From assembly GCA_000320545.1 (NCBI GenBank), contig ADNK01002578.1, forward strand, positions 1 through 41,453: a DNA stretch of 41,453 nt. Reading direction: 5' to 3'. This stretch comes from Bigelowiella natans CCMP2755. Taxonomy: Eukaryota; Protista; Cercozoa. The first letter of the stretch is position 1; each line of letters begins with the position of its first letter. The notes under the pieces are model-generated. The model had not been told where the DNA came from and did no database searches. It saw only the letters and a program-made list of their open reading frames with translations. A program made the translations under genes and the position numbers. Of this stretch, positions 23,729 through 36,377 are shown piece after piece.

Positions 23729-24799
23729 TCCAGATTTCACTTCCTGCGCTTAGCGAGAAAGATAAAAAGGACATCGCGTTCGGAGTGAGTGCAAGTGCAA
23801 GAAAGAGAGAGAGAGAGAGGGAGGGAGGGAAGGGGGAGGGAGAGACAGAGGTAGTAACTGGTGTTCATGTCCATACCCTGCCTGATTAATTTCGAAGCAA
23901 CAATACGTGATGATCGTTGGTGCTGCTGTTGTTATTTGTCGGTATCATCTCCATACTATTCAGGTCAAGGAAGAAGTTGATATGGTAAAAAACAGAAAGG
24001 CCAATATATACATCTGTACTTCCCCCTTCCCCTGGATACATATGCTAAGACCGGTCGTTGAAGCAACCCATTACTACTCAACTCGTGATCACCTTAGATA
24101 TTTGCCTCCTTCATTCGAAAGGCGGAGGATGTCTTAGCGATAAAAAAGGTTGCTTTGTTGCTGCTACTACTACCACTACTACACTGCTACTACCTGTACA
24201 CTACCACTGATTCCGCAACTACAACCACGATGCATTGTCCTTGCGTGTTTATGCGTGGGCGTGTGTTTTCCGCGCACACGGACTATACAGCTCCTGCCAA
24301 AAAGTATCATAGTCATCTCCAAGATTGAGAACCAGGAAGGTAAGAAGATGGGTGGGGCACCTGTGCAGGCGTAGTAGTTGCAAAGCGTGCATATGCTTAA
24401 GATACGGCCTAGACTAACAGCTTGGCCATTCTCGTCATCATCATTCCTATTAGTCTTCATAACGATCATCTTCATATCATCCATCAATTGTTATTGTCCT
24501 TGCTTACCATACCCCCCCCCCCCCCCCCCCCTTGCGTCGCCCGTGAAAGGATGCGACAATTTCGACGCGATTCTGGAAGCAAGCGACGGCATTATGGTTG
24601 CTCGAGGGGACTTGGGGATCGAGATAGATGCTACGAAGGTAACGATGGTTTTGATGGATCATCGTAAGTAAGAAGCAAGCTTGTGACGCACGACGACGGA
24701 ATCAATGTTGCCGCATGTATACACCAATCGTAAATCAAACGGCGTTAATACTCAATAAAAAGAATCCATAATACACGCACCTATGTGTGCAGACAAAAT

Positions 24800-24836
<37 letters not shown>

Positions 24837-25249
24837 TACGCAAGCACACAGACTCAATTTTATAATATTCAGCACATTTCAATGAGAACCTACTGTTTTC
24901 TTTAAATGAATTGTGATGTTTGCTTGATAGGTGTTCGTGCAGCAAAAGCGGATGATCCGAAAATGCCGTCTGGCTGGTTGTTCTTGTTGTTGTTGTCGTT
25001 GTGTGTGTGTGTGTGCGCGCGCGCGTGCGTATTTGAACATGGTCGTCTGCAAATCGCACAATGATAACCATCATTACCATCATCATTAACATCATCGTTC
25101 ATATCGTTCAGGGAAACCTGTCATTGTAGCGACACAAATGCTCCAAAGCATGGTTGACCATCCTCGACCTACGCGTGCCGAAGTCTCTGATGTTGCAAAG
25201 TGGGGATTCGTTTTGTCTAACTCCCGACACACACACACACACACTAACA

Positions 25250-25289
<40 letters not shown>

Positions 25290-25840
25290 TGGGGGGGGGT
25301 GGGGAGGGAGAAGAGAAAGGGAGACAGAAAAAGGGTGTATTAAGAGAACACCGCTCCTTTCTACATACCATCCCCCGCCCCCCCCCCCCCTCACTAACCC
25401 CTCACTTATCAATTGTCCCCCCAAAAGTGCCGTGCTGGATGGTGCTGATTGTGTTATGCTTAGTGGAGAGACTGCAAAAGGTAACACTCCGCCCCTCTCC
25501 ATATACATCCGCTCCACATGCGCTATATCATACTAGAGAGAAAGATACATTTTTCGACGCGGATTTAAGTTTATCGTGTCTTTTTTGCCCTGTTCTCTCG
25601 GCAGGAAAGTACCCAATTCAAGCAGTGGTGCATATGAGTAAGGTGAGATGAGAAACTAAATACCATTCGATCGTGTTGGTCGCTTGAGAGTAGCATTGTA
25701 GGAGGCATTCAATGCTAAATATGACTAGCAACAAACGTTAGGCCTGCTAGAACTAAAAATAAAATTATAATAATCGAATGATGCGCCAATGATAACAACG
25801 GCAACTGACTCGTTTGCTCATACCAACGGCCAGTGGAAAT

Positions 25841-25876
<36 letters not shown>

Positions 25877-25886
25877 TCCATATAAT

Positions 25887-25927
<41 letters not shown>

Positions 25928-27321
25928 ATACACGCGCACACACACCAAAGACATGTCAAGTCGCCGAGCAGAATCTGGAGCTTTCGCCAGTTCCTGATCA
26001 CGTCATCAACTCGGAGCGTGAGTCGGTTGTCAACGCAGGATGCATGATTGCCAAGGTGAAAGAAGAATTTAGTAGTATTTGTAGTAGAAGAAGTCGTAAC
26101 AGGGAGGGAAAGACAGAGGGAGGAGGAGGGGAGGGAGTAGCAGTCGTTTTTATTACCTTGTAGACCATTGAGTTCTCCTGAACGCTTAGCCTCTGTCCCC
26201 GCCTCAAAAGGATGATGGCATTGAGAATGGAGGCATCATCATCGTCATCATTATTGCCACCGTTGTTAATCAGCATCAGATCTAGGATAATGTGTTTCAG
26301 TCGCAGAAGTGCCGCGCCATCGTGGTGGTGACAAACACGGGTACAACAGCACGCCTGGTCTCTCGGTAAAACTGCTACTTCTACTACTACTAATAGTAGT
26401 ACTAGTAGTAGGTATTACTACTGGTATCAACTACTAGTAGTTAGATAACTTCTAGTAGTTATCAACTACTAGTAGTCATCCAGAGATTCGCAAATACGAA
26501 TGAGCAACCACACGCCCATTTCACAGTATATGCAGTGCTGATGCTGCAACGTCTAATCCGTAGTGCACGGCCGAAGTGCCCGGTGATTGCCATCATCGGC
26601 TCTAAGAACTCTCACATCGCTCGCCATTTGCAGGTAACGCGCTACCGTTCATTCTTACACTCTCGTTTTGCCCTGGCTGTGAGCTGATTTTTTGTGAGAT
26701 TATTGCTGCTTATGTACCTGTCGTTCTACCTAATGGGAGCTCCTTGATCAGATCACATTTGGAATTCACGTGTGCATGTACGAGGATAGCAATAACGTAA
26801 AGCTCGCCACACACATAACAACCCCACCCCAAACTTAAAACAAAAATGTATCGATAAGGGAGCAGAGGTTCTTGAAAGTCCGTATCCTATCTGCAAGCTA
26901 ACTTATTCGCCCTTCTAATTCCGTCACCATTTATTATTACGAAAGAATATCCATATGTATTGTTTGTTTTTTTCTAGGGTGAGAAACCTTCAGCAAAAGC
27001 GCGTATCGAGGCCGCCGTCCAGACGCAGATTGGCAGCTTGTTGACTGTTGGGGATATTTATGTATGCCTTTACTCCGCAACACACGCTCAGTATGCAAAT
27101 CAGATCGAGCTCAAGCGTGTTGTTCAGCAGCAGGTTGCGTAACCTTGCAACGAACGGTGAGAGTGAGTGTCAATTTCGGGATAATAACTGGCCTTTCTAG
27201 CTTTATCACAATTTACATCGTAGCCAATTGCGTCTTCTTAAGTGCAAATGCAGTTTATGATGTGCATCTGAGCAATGGAAGCTGTAACATGGAACTAAGC
27301 AAATCTAGAAGTGCACTCTAG
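21800..27321 (+). CDS. PK: Pyruvate kinase, about 20 exons (3' end uncertain)
   Basis: [137 protein letters not shown]. Confidence 0.97.
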
Positions 27322-27858
27322 CAGTCCACAATGCGTGCATCAACATTGCTAGATTGGAACACCGCACATCTAGACACGCGTGCCTTTCACACACTTATGT
27401 GTGCCCGTTCTAGCGTTGCACACCATCTCTATCTCTAGATCTGCACACAGGATCATGAAAACCACAATGCTAGAATGCTAGAATGCAGCATCGCTAGCTA
27501 GCTAGATCGGTAGGATTGTTCCATCAGCATGATGTGACATTAGATGAATCTTCTACCGACACCACACTTCTAGACTTGCGTCATGTCGCGTGCACTAGCT
27601 AGCTAGCTAGTGCAGCACAAATTTGTTGTCATGCTTGTCAAAAACTTTTTCGAATGCGTGCGATACGCTAGTGTGCTGTGTGACTTTGTTGATGACAATA
27701 GCTGTCGATAGACGACGAAGAGGAGGATAGAATTCAGAATCGATGTGAAACATATCTGGTAGTAGCAGGTTTAGTAGCAACGTAACTAATTGAGATTGTG
27801 TAGCGGCTACTACAGATTCCAAATACATCAAATTTGTGTAATTCACACATATGACAAT

Positions 27859-30489
27859 CTATCGCCTCCAACAGCAACAACAGCTGCACGGGAGCACGTT
27901 TTTCATTTCTTCTCTATGTCGATAAACATAGTAGATAGAATAGATGAACAGTATGGCGTCCAGAGCAATCTTACCATACCATAATCGGGCTATTTCATCA
28001 ACTTCTCGAGCCAGGAAATCCAAAGTTTGATCCGTTTCTGGATCTGTACAGTCATCAGCAATTGACGAAAAAAAACTTTGCGAGCCAATAGCGACAACCA
28101 GGATAACTAAGATTAAAAATGCTAAAAGTCATAATCTTATGCACGGGTATACTAAGGTCAAAAATAATAAGTTTTATTTGCTAAGTACTGTACGAAATAC
28201 CGATCGTCGTAATTATGTTCGCTGTGATGCATGATGTCTTCCCGAGTTTTTGCCATCCCTCCGCGGAGTGGTCATTTGTTGGATCATCTGAATATGATCA
28301 TAAGCGCGATTATAATTTTTCCAATGAAACCATTGCCTATATTACCATCTAATTGCGTTCTAACGACCCAAACCGTAGTAATGAGATCAAATATTGTCGC
28401 AAATATGCTTATAATCATCAAGGCCAGAGTTGCTCGGGTAATTTCATCGACCTTAAACAGTAATATGAAGAAAGTTATAGCAGTAACTCACAATAGCTTC
28501 GAATTTATTCACCGAGCTTTGGGCATCGGCAAGGTCTGATCTTTCGAACTGGCAGGAAGATCTCCAGAGGATTTCTGGACCTTATATTTATAAGGCAAGT
28601 TTGTTGAGAAGGTTAGAATAAATCCTAAAGTTTCGGTAGTAGTTTACGATTATAGAGTTTCCAGGTCGCCACATCTGAGTCAACTGCACATGGAAATTCC
28701 GCGCTAAGAGGAGGCAGATCGCCGCCATTATCATCCAAAAATTGATTTTCCAGGTTTGAATCAATCTCCAAGAATCTGATAAGTGATATCTATTTAGTAT
28801 CAAGGTAATGTGTAGGTTAACGAAGAGCGAAGTACCTGGGATCTGTCTCACAAGGTTGTGTCTCATGCATATTACGCCAGTATGGCTATGAAGTAGATAT
28901 GCAGATATAATCGTGAGTTATACAATATATGCACATGTACACTTATACTTTGAATTAGTACTAGAAACTGAGATAGACCAGGTCCTAAGTTAAGATTTGA
29001 GTCATACCCTACCATGAACCTGATAATACATCGAAATAATTTTTTAAATGTTAGAAGTTATATGAATTGGTATTTTATCCATACGGTGTTGAATTAATTG
29101 CAAATTACCCATCGCCCAAATTCCAAGGCCTATCAGCTCTAGAATTTCGGTTTATGTTATTCCTGCAAACCTAGAATACAATATCGATCATTTGAAGAAC
29201 AACATCTTGACTGAGTATTCAAATTCACATTCTTGAACTAACATTATGTTTGTTAATGATTGTTCCTAACCTGCTCTTCTCCGGTATTCCACTGGAGAAA
29301 AGGCCGTCCCTGTGGTACATCTCGACTGAAGAAGAGTTGTGAATCTCCATCGCCTAGTACCAAAGTTTCCCAGGTTCCAGTGTCTCCCTGGTAATATTCT
29401 CATTTCGTCAGCTTTAGTCTCTATAGCCTGCATAATTCTGCGTGAATATGTATATCTGACAAACCATCGTGTTCGAAACTTGCATGATTGGGCATGGAAG
29501 ATCCATAGGCCAGCATATCGGCCCCACATCATTCCCAGGGGAGCAATCTCGAAAGTTTCTTTTTTAAATGGACGTCATGATGTCACCAAGGCCGAATATA
29601 ATGTGTCTTCAATTAAACTATTGAGAACCCGTCACAAGTAAGGGGTCTATCAAGAGCATTTGGACCGTCACGAAGGACACAAATGGTCATATTTCCTTTC
29701 CAATTTGCCATCTCAATCTGGAAATTTTACAATTAAAAACGAGGAACGAAATTGCTAATTCAACGTACATTTGTGCGGACGACGAAAGAATCTGTGCAGT
29801 TCTGCGCTGGAGGACTGAGCTCTTGGCAGTATGCTAAATTAGGCAAGCTTTATATTGTATCATCAAATGAATATGTTGGGTTTTACTCGATGGAAATACT
29901 TGATTTAAATGGACAGGATCTTCATTGCATGTACAAACTTGTTCCTGAGTTTGAATGTTAGGATCACGTGGGTCTACGATCCTCTGCCACCCGGGTGGAC
30001 AGACTGCTTCGACACTTATATTGACAATCGGTTGTACTCTCCCTGGAGAAAGAGTGTCTAATATCAGTACAGACAATAAGGCCGGTTTAAAAGTTAAAAT
30101 TTTACAATTGTCAACAATATCGTTGAATTCTTCTGCAGTCTCCTTCCATTCTGTGAACGCGGCAATAGAAAGAGCCATCGATATGATAGCGATAATGGCA
30201 AATCTATGTGTTGACAGCCGTAATTAATGATAAATCGCGATTAAGTCGATAAATATTACAATACAGCGATGCCAATCACCACTTTGGGATTTGTTTTTTT
30301 GTACGTGCCGACGGAATTTGCATTCGCTCTGGGGCCTTGTCGCAAAATACAATGAAAATGTTAAAAAGGTATTTGGTGCAAAGTGTAAGTCTACAACTTA
30401 CTTGCATACGCAGTGTACGTGGATGGCGTCTTCAACTCCACTGAGGTTGTCTGATACGTGTGCGGCATCGCCCGAGTGCCTGAATCCAT
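27859..30489 (-). CDS. Multi-pass membrane protein with large Cys-containing extracellular region; many short AT-rich introns
   Basis: Manual GT-AG splicing gives MDSGTRAMPH...|...KVVIGIAVL|FAIIAIISMALSIAAF (TM), CPPGW, WKGNMTICVLR, ICWPMDLPCPI, WKLYN|RPEILWRSSC, LALMIISIFATIFDLITTVWVV (TM), AFLILVILVVAIG (TM), IALDAILFIYSIYYVY (TM), ...PCSCCCWRR*. Confidence 0.7.
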
Positions 30490-30599
30490 GCGCAAATTCT
30501 CACTCCCCTTCACTCTACCCAAGAAAATCCATACTATTGAATATCGCTTCTGATCGGTGGGGGGAGGATAGCTTTCTGGTGAAACAAGCAAGTGAGCAG

Positions 30600-30702
30600 C
30601 ACAAAAGATGTTAAGCGAATTTTTCCTTGCGACAACCATAAGGATGACTTTTTCTTAATCCCGACACAAAAAATCTTCAGCGATCTTTTCCTTGCGACAA
30701 CC
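30600..30702. repeat. Imperfect 38-bp direct repeat in a divergent intergenic region
   Basis: CACAAAAGATGTTAAGCGAATTTTTCCTTGCGACAACC (30600-30637) versus CACAAAAAATCTTCAGCGATCTTTTCCTTGCGACAACC (30665-30702). Confidence 0.8.
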
Positions 30703-31018
30703 GAGAGTAGTGACGGGATTTTCCCCAACAAAAAGTGAAGAGGACCACATCACATTCATTTCCGCGCCGTGTTCTTCCCGGGCGTGTATTTGCATTTTTT
30801 GGGTCCATTTGAAGGCGGTTTCCTCACATTGCGTGTTGCGTGTTTTCTCGGGAACTTACGACTCTCACATCTTGGTGTCCACTGAAGACTGAAGGGCATT
30901 TTCCTCCTTTCTTGGCCCCCTTTTCCAAGTCGCGATGTAAAGTCACAAGCTACCTTTCAAACCTATCAAGTATCTGCTGCAGCACCAACTCATTGCGACT
31001 CAAACATTGCAATCGAAA

Positions 31019-32025
31019 ATGGTTCCCGCTCGTTTGTGCATCTTGATGGGCTTGTTTGGTTGGAGCTTGGCATTAGCACCGGAGCAGATCATTGGCAATG
31101 GCGATCGGGCTCTGGAAGTTAATGAAAAGTTGACAAGCAATCTGACGGCGATGGGCGACGTGGTTCAAGAGGTGAAGAATGACTATCTTTTATCGTTTGT
31201 CTTGAGAATCGATACAATGTAATGTAAATAGTTACCAATACTCTAATAAACACTAGGAGCTCAAAATCTTGATAAATGAGAAAAACGAAATCAAAGCTGA
31301 AGCATTCGGAATCGGCTATCACGCTAAGTTTGGATCTACAGAAGATGATGGATATTCCAAAATTTACGTCGCAGAAACTGGGATGAATATTTTTACTATG
31401 GAGTCCTCTCATACAACTAATATGTGGTTATTCTTTGATGGATTGCCACTTGTTGTAAATGGTAGTAATTCCGAGAGAAAAATGGTACAGCATCTTTCTG
31501 AAGCATTCAATGAGAACATTGATGCACTTCTGGCAAATGGCCATGACGATAGAATAGTCAAATTGAGCGAGGCAGTGGGAACAGCGGGAATGGATGGAAA
31601 ATCACATCCTATGACCTTATGGCTACATCAGCTTGCGAGTTCGTTTGATTCGCATACTGGAATTCAAAGCAATACCGACGAAGCTCTTGGAAGCTTTGAC
31701 TCAGTCCTAGCTGGGAAGAGAAATACATGCAAAAATTAAAAAAGACAGATATGGAAGGTATGACACAAGCCCGTTCACAGTAAGACCAAAATGTTTTTGT
31801 GGAAATAAATGTTTCGGACGCTGTGGTCGAGACTGTGGGTGCTGGAAATTTGTCTGCGGAGACTGTGAGTCACATAGAGGGTGCTGGGAGCACGATTGCA
31901 TTTGTTCATGTAGAAGTGCTTGGAATAGGCGATGCATTCTGTTTAAAGCTGCCTCCTCGACATGTAATTCTGCAGGATGTGCTCGTGATCACTGTGAGCA
32001 AACTGGTGTTGTTTTGACATGTTAA
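31019..32025 (+). CDS. Secreted preproprotein with C-terminal cysteine-rich domain; apparent +1 frameshift at ~31731-31735
   Basis: Signal peptide MVPARLCILMGLFGWSLALA, one intron at ~31172-31256, pro-region ending AGKR, then in a shifted frame IKKDRYG...CFCGNKCFGRCGRDCGCWKFVCGDCESHRGCWEHDCICSC...TC*. Confidence 0.7.
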
Positions 32026-32823
32026 ATGCTTCCAAAATGGGATAGACGTAACAACAATTTTCGTACAACCTACATCTAGATTTGCTGCCTGCGCCACACA
32101 TCAGATGTCACACACGTACATGCATAGCAAACAATTTTCGATCATGAACACTCAAGTTCTACGTGGAACTTTGCGCCTGACTTCGCTCGATGGCTAAGTT
32201 GATCATTCACACTGCACTTCTTTTCATGTTTCGCATGAAGGACACCACTCTTGAATGAATGCAGACTGCGTGCATGCTAGGCTAGTAGGCGCGATGCGAG
32301 TGCTAAGTGCAACGTCTGTAGACGCACATTGTGACAGAGAATGCAATTAAGGTCACAATCGACGGTTGCTACAGAAGGCTTTAGCTTGCTAGTGCTAGAA
32401 TGCTAGAACAATGACAGCACAACTTTGAGATCTAGAGATGTTCTAGATGCGCATGCCATTATTAGACATGCATCAAAATCGTTGAGACATCGATCTAGAC
32501 ATCCGCCTGCAAGAATGTTTGATGCATGCGCTGATGAACAATAGACATAGTGACATGACCCAGCGGCTACAAAACACGCACACACAGCGCCTGGGGACCA
32601 TACGAATGACAATGTTCTTTACGACGAATGACATTCTAGAGCAGCTGTGACAATCACATGCTACCGACAGACGTAATTAACCTAGGTTGGACTCATCTTC
32701 GAAACATCCAGCAAGTTTGTCCACACAGACCGTTATATAAAAGCTGTACAAATGTGTATATCGAAATCCTGGACGCTTTTATGGTTGCCAAGAGCTTCAA
32801 GCTTGAAACTCATTTTACATATT

Positions 32824-35800
32824 CTAGCCTTCGAATCTCTGAGAACCTCTTACTTGCCTTCGTATTGCGTCGCCCCCTTTTCGCCGCATCTGTCTATCGA
32901 GATGCACAAGATTTTTTAACATGTTGCGGCACCGCTCCATCTCACTCATGGGTTTCTCGTCAACACGAATAGCATTGGCGACATCTCTGCTATCTGGCAA
33001 AGTTTCACTCCTCCTTCTCCTCCTGCCCCCCTCAGCCTTGCATGGGGAAGGAACTGGAAGTGGGAGCTCAACTTCCTCTTGGAATCCTCGAGGGCTGAAG
33101 CCGCTGCTCAGTTTCCCTCGTGCTGCCTGCACGATCTGTCCAAGAAGTGAGAAATCATCATTCTTCTTTGTCTCGGCACATGGTGCAGCTTCTGGGGTAA
33201 GCGGTGCATGTTCTGTTGCCTTCGTTACTCTTATCCGTCGCCGCCTCCTTAGAATCTCCGCTCTCTCGAATAGCCGAGACATTGGTCGAGCCATGTCTGG
33301 TTCCTCGGTAACACGCGGCCCTTCACACTTTTCAGAAGCCTTTTCTTCGACGATCTCATTCTCGTTGCCGCCCCCTTCTTTTACTGTTGCTAGTGATGTC
33401 AAAGGAGAGATCCGGTCCAATCGTGGTGTAAGCGGTGCTGAGGGAGATACAACACTCTCCTTTTGCTCCTCGGCCTTCTTCTGCCGTATTTTGGTAGCAG
33501 GCTGTTTGCAAGTTTTGGTTACATCTTCTCCTCCGCCCTCTCCGTCATGATTACGTGGCAACCTTGGCTCACGGTGGCCCCCCTCTTCACCCAGCTTTCT
33601 CTCTTCTCCATCGTCGCTTCGGTCTTTTGCAACCACCTCCTCTTTCCTCTCTTCCTCTCCCTCGCCATTGCCCACGGAACGAGGTACAGGGAGAGGACGG
33701 ACGGTACTTGTTGAGAGGAATGAGGTCCCACCACCACCACCACCACCATCTCTTTCATGGGAGGAGGAAGAGGAGGAGGCGATGGACCATGGAGCGGCTC
33801 GATTATAGGCTCTCTTCTTTGTCTCTTTTCCCTCTTCCTTCACCTCCTCCGCCTCCTCCTTTTGCGCCCTGTTCTTATCGTTGGATGTAGAATTCATAGG
33901 AGAGCACGGTATCCGGGAAGACGATGACAACGATGACGATGGCGACGTTGCAATTGAATCGAAAGCTAACAAACCGCTCTCCCCCATCTCCTGGCTCGAA
34001 ATGTCGTTTCTCCTTTCCGTGCTAGTGGTGGTAACGGTGGTGTTTGCGAGGGAAGCGCGGCTATATTTCCCTCCACCCATAGACTCTGCAGCAGCTGCAG
34101 CAGCAGCAACATCTTCTTTCGATAGTTGCTGCCGGTGCTGTTCTGGCGATACTGCTGGAAACGAGAGGCGTACCGGAGGTCGGATTGGCTTCAGGCCAAA
34201 CAACGCTTCCTGATCGTCCTCGTTACCACTGATGCCGGAGATGCGATCTGGCGACCCGTTGCGCGAGGACCGAATAATTTCCCAGTCCACCTCTTCGTCG
34301 TCCTCGTGCCCCTCCTCGTGCTCTCCGCCATGCCTGTGATGCGCGACTGCTCCCGGCCGCACTGTCGGTCTCCTGCCCCTCCCCCTTTCTAGGGTCTCGG
34401 CATCATCATCGTCGTCTTCAGATACAGAGAGTTGGAGAGGGCTGGATGAGGAAGCACGACGATCACCACTCAGCTCACTGCTAAAAATAGAATTTACTGC
34501 GACGGGAGTGGGAGGTGGCGGCATGTGTTGGATTTGGGCAGCTAAGGAACCGAGCCGGCGTTTCTCACGCTCTCGACGCCATGCTGCCAGCAGGTCATCC
34601 ACAGGGTCTCGATGCTTCCCACTTGAAGATTCGCCTTCTAACGATGGTGGTGAAGATAGCGATGATGATGATGATGATGATGATGATGACGACAGCAATA
34701 TGGTTGATTCAGTCATGGATGGCAACAAAACTGTTGTTCTCACCTTTCTTTTTTTTTTCAGTAATTGAGAAGCAAATTGCATGGAATTGTAATGAAAGGA
34801 GAGAATGTTTACAAAAGATGCGCATGTCGATTCTGCAGAGTTAATTTTTTACCAAGTAATAGATCGAAGCTCTCGAAGTCCTCATCTTCTTCTTCACTCT
34901 CCTCAGAGCGCTTCTTCTTCATCATCTTCATCTCAAACACCTCCTCTGGGATATTGGAAGGCCCGGAAACCGCTCCCTCCTCTTTCAGTTCTCGCAGAAG
35001 ACGCAGTACATTGGCTTGGCGCTTGGAGCTGATGCTTGGTAGTAGTAGTGCGCTGCTTCCACCGCCTCCTCTTCCAAGCTCCCCTTCTTCTCCATTCTTG
35101 AGGAGTTTTGCGAAAGGGTCATCATCATCATCACCACCACCACCACCATCACCATCACCATCACCATCGCCGTGGATTTCCTGCTCGAGGACTCTCTTGG
35201 CCTGTTGGAGGATGACACGAGCCTTCTCATCGAGTGCTACGGTGTCAGGGTCCTGCTTTGCCATGTCTGCAACGCGACTGTATCCTCCCAGCCCACTGCT
35301 GCTGCTGAACGACGACCGGTTTGGCTGCGGACTATGTTTGTCTCCTTGATGGTAGCGATCGCCTCCATGATCAGTTTTAATACATATTTTTTTACCATCA
35401 TCACTGTTATTTCCCCCCTCCTCCTCAGCATCATCATCCCGATGGCGAACATGATGACGATGATCTGCCCTCTTCCGTGGGGACCTGGTTGAAGTGCGAT
35501 GGGCGGAAAAGTACATCTCACTGTCACCACTGGAGCTGCTGTTCTCATCATCATCAGAGTAGAGCATTGGAGAGGAGGGATAGTAGCGGCTTGGTCTTGG
35601 CGTGGCTATCGACGAAGTTGTAGAAGATGAAGCTCGCAAGCCTTTGTCATTGTGAGGAGGAATGTGGGATATAGGGGAATCAATGGGAGAAGGACACTGA
35701 GTTTTGAATGTTAAACGCGTTACATGCATGCATGCATGTGTGTGTGTGTGTGTGTGTGTTTGCAAGGAAGAGGGGAGGGAGTAAGGTAAGCAAAAAATGC

Positions 35801-36377
35801 AATCACGCGCACACAAATAGAAAAGCAACATTGGAAAAGAGATAAACCAGGTAAGATTCCATCCTCTCCCTCTTCATCAACTTCGTCACTTGCCTCAGTC
35901 CCTTGAAAATGCTCACGACCAACGCTATCGCGCTGCAAGTGCTCATGTTCATTTTTCCACCAAACCTGATTAATTATATGCTGTATGTTACAAGGATCCC
36001 CGCCTCATAGTATATCAAATCAAATGTAATAAAAAATGTTGTCTTAATTCTTTGTTTTCCATCATCATTTTGCTCTGAGGTGAACTACCGGTCCAATTCG
36101 ATCTCTCCCTTCCCTGCTTACTGGGGGCCCCGAACGAAAACGGGATATGAACTGAGATGCGGCATAGGTTTAGCGGTGCAAGATTTGATGGACCGTTCTA
36201 AACAAGTATTAAATGTCATCATCAACCACTATTGTGCTCGATGACCTTTCCAATTAAGGAGGTGGAACTATGCTCCTTTTGGGGTGTTATTCCCCGTTCG
36301 TCAGTTGCTGAATCCCCCCCCCAATTCTCATCATCTGGAGTCACGGACTTCGCGAGCTGCTTCTTCCGCTGTTTCAT
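32824..36377 (-). CDS. Large low-complexity, probably disordered protein (Ser/Glu/Gly/Asp-rich), spliced; function unknown
   Basis: Long open frames at 32824-34782 and 34809-35831 can be joined by a GT-AG intron. Upstream exon candidates lie at ~35850-35965 and 36222-36377. No recognisable domain. Confidence 0.6.

Larger units (their letters stand above)
12660..26480. repeat. Dense intronic microsatellites ((AC)n, (AG)n, (AT)n, (GAT)n, (CTA)n, poly-C/G)
   Basis: Directly visible in the introns of CNX2, OGG1 and PK, and also at 5730-5800 and 38010-41320. Confidence 0.95.

Noticed and set aside
12564-26276. Many short ORFs with HTHT, CVCV, YIYI, SLSL or poly-M/I runs
   Set aside because: These are translations of intronic microsatellites, not proteins.
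27300-27660. CpG methylation decay or RIP as the cause of TG/CA-rich patches
   Set aside because: CpG is still common in the patches (ACGCGT, GTCGCG), and RIP would create TpA, whereas TpA is what is missing.
32921-35349. Plus-strand ORFs of 100-200 aa
   Set aside because: They are antisense shadows of the long minus-strand low-complexity exons.
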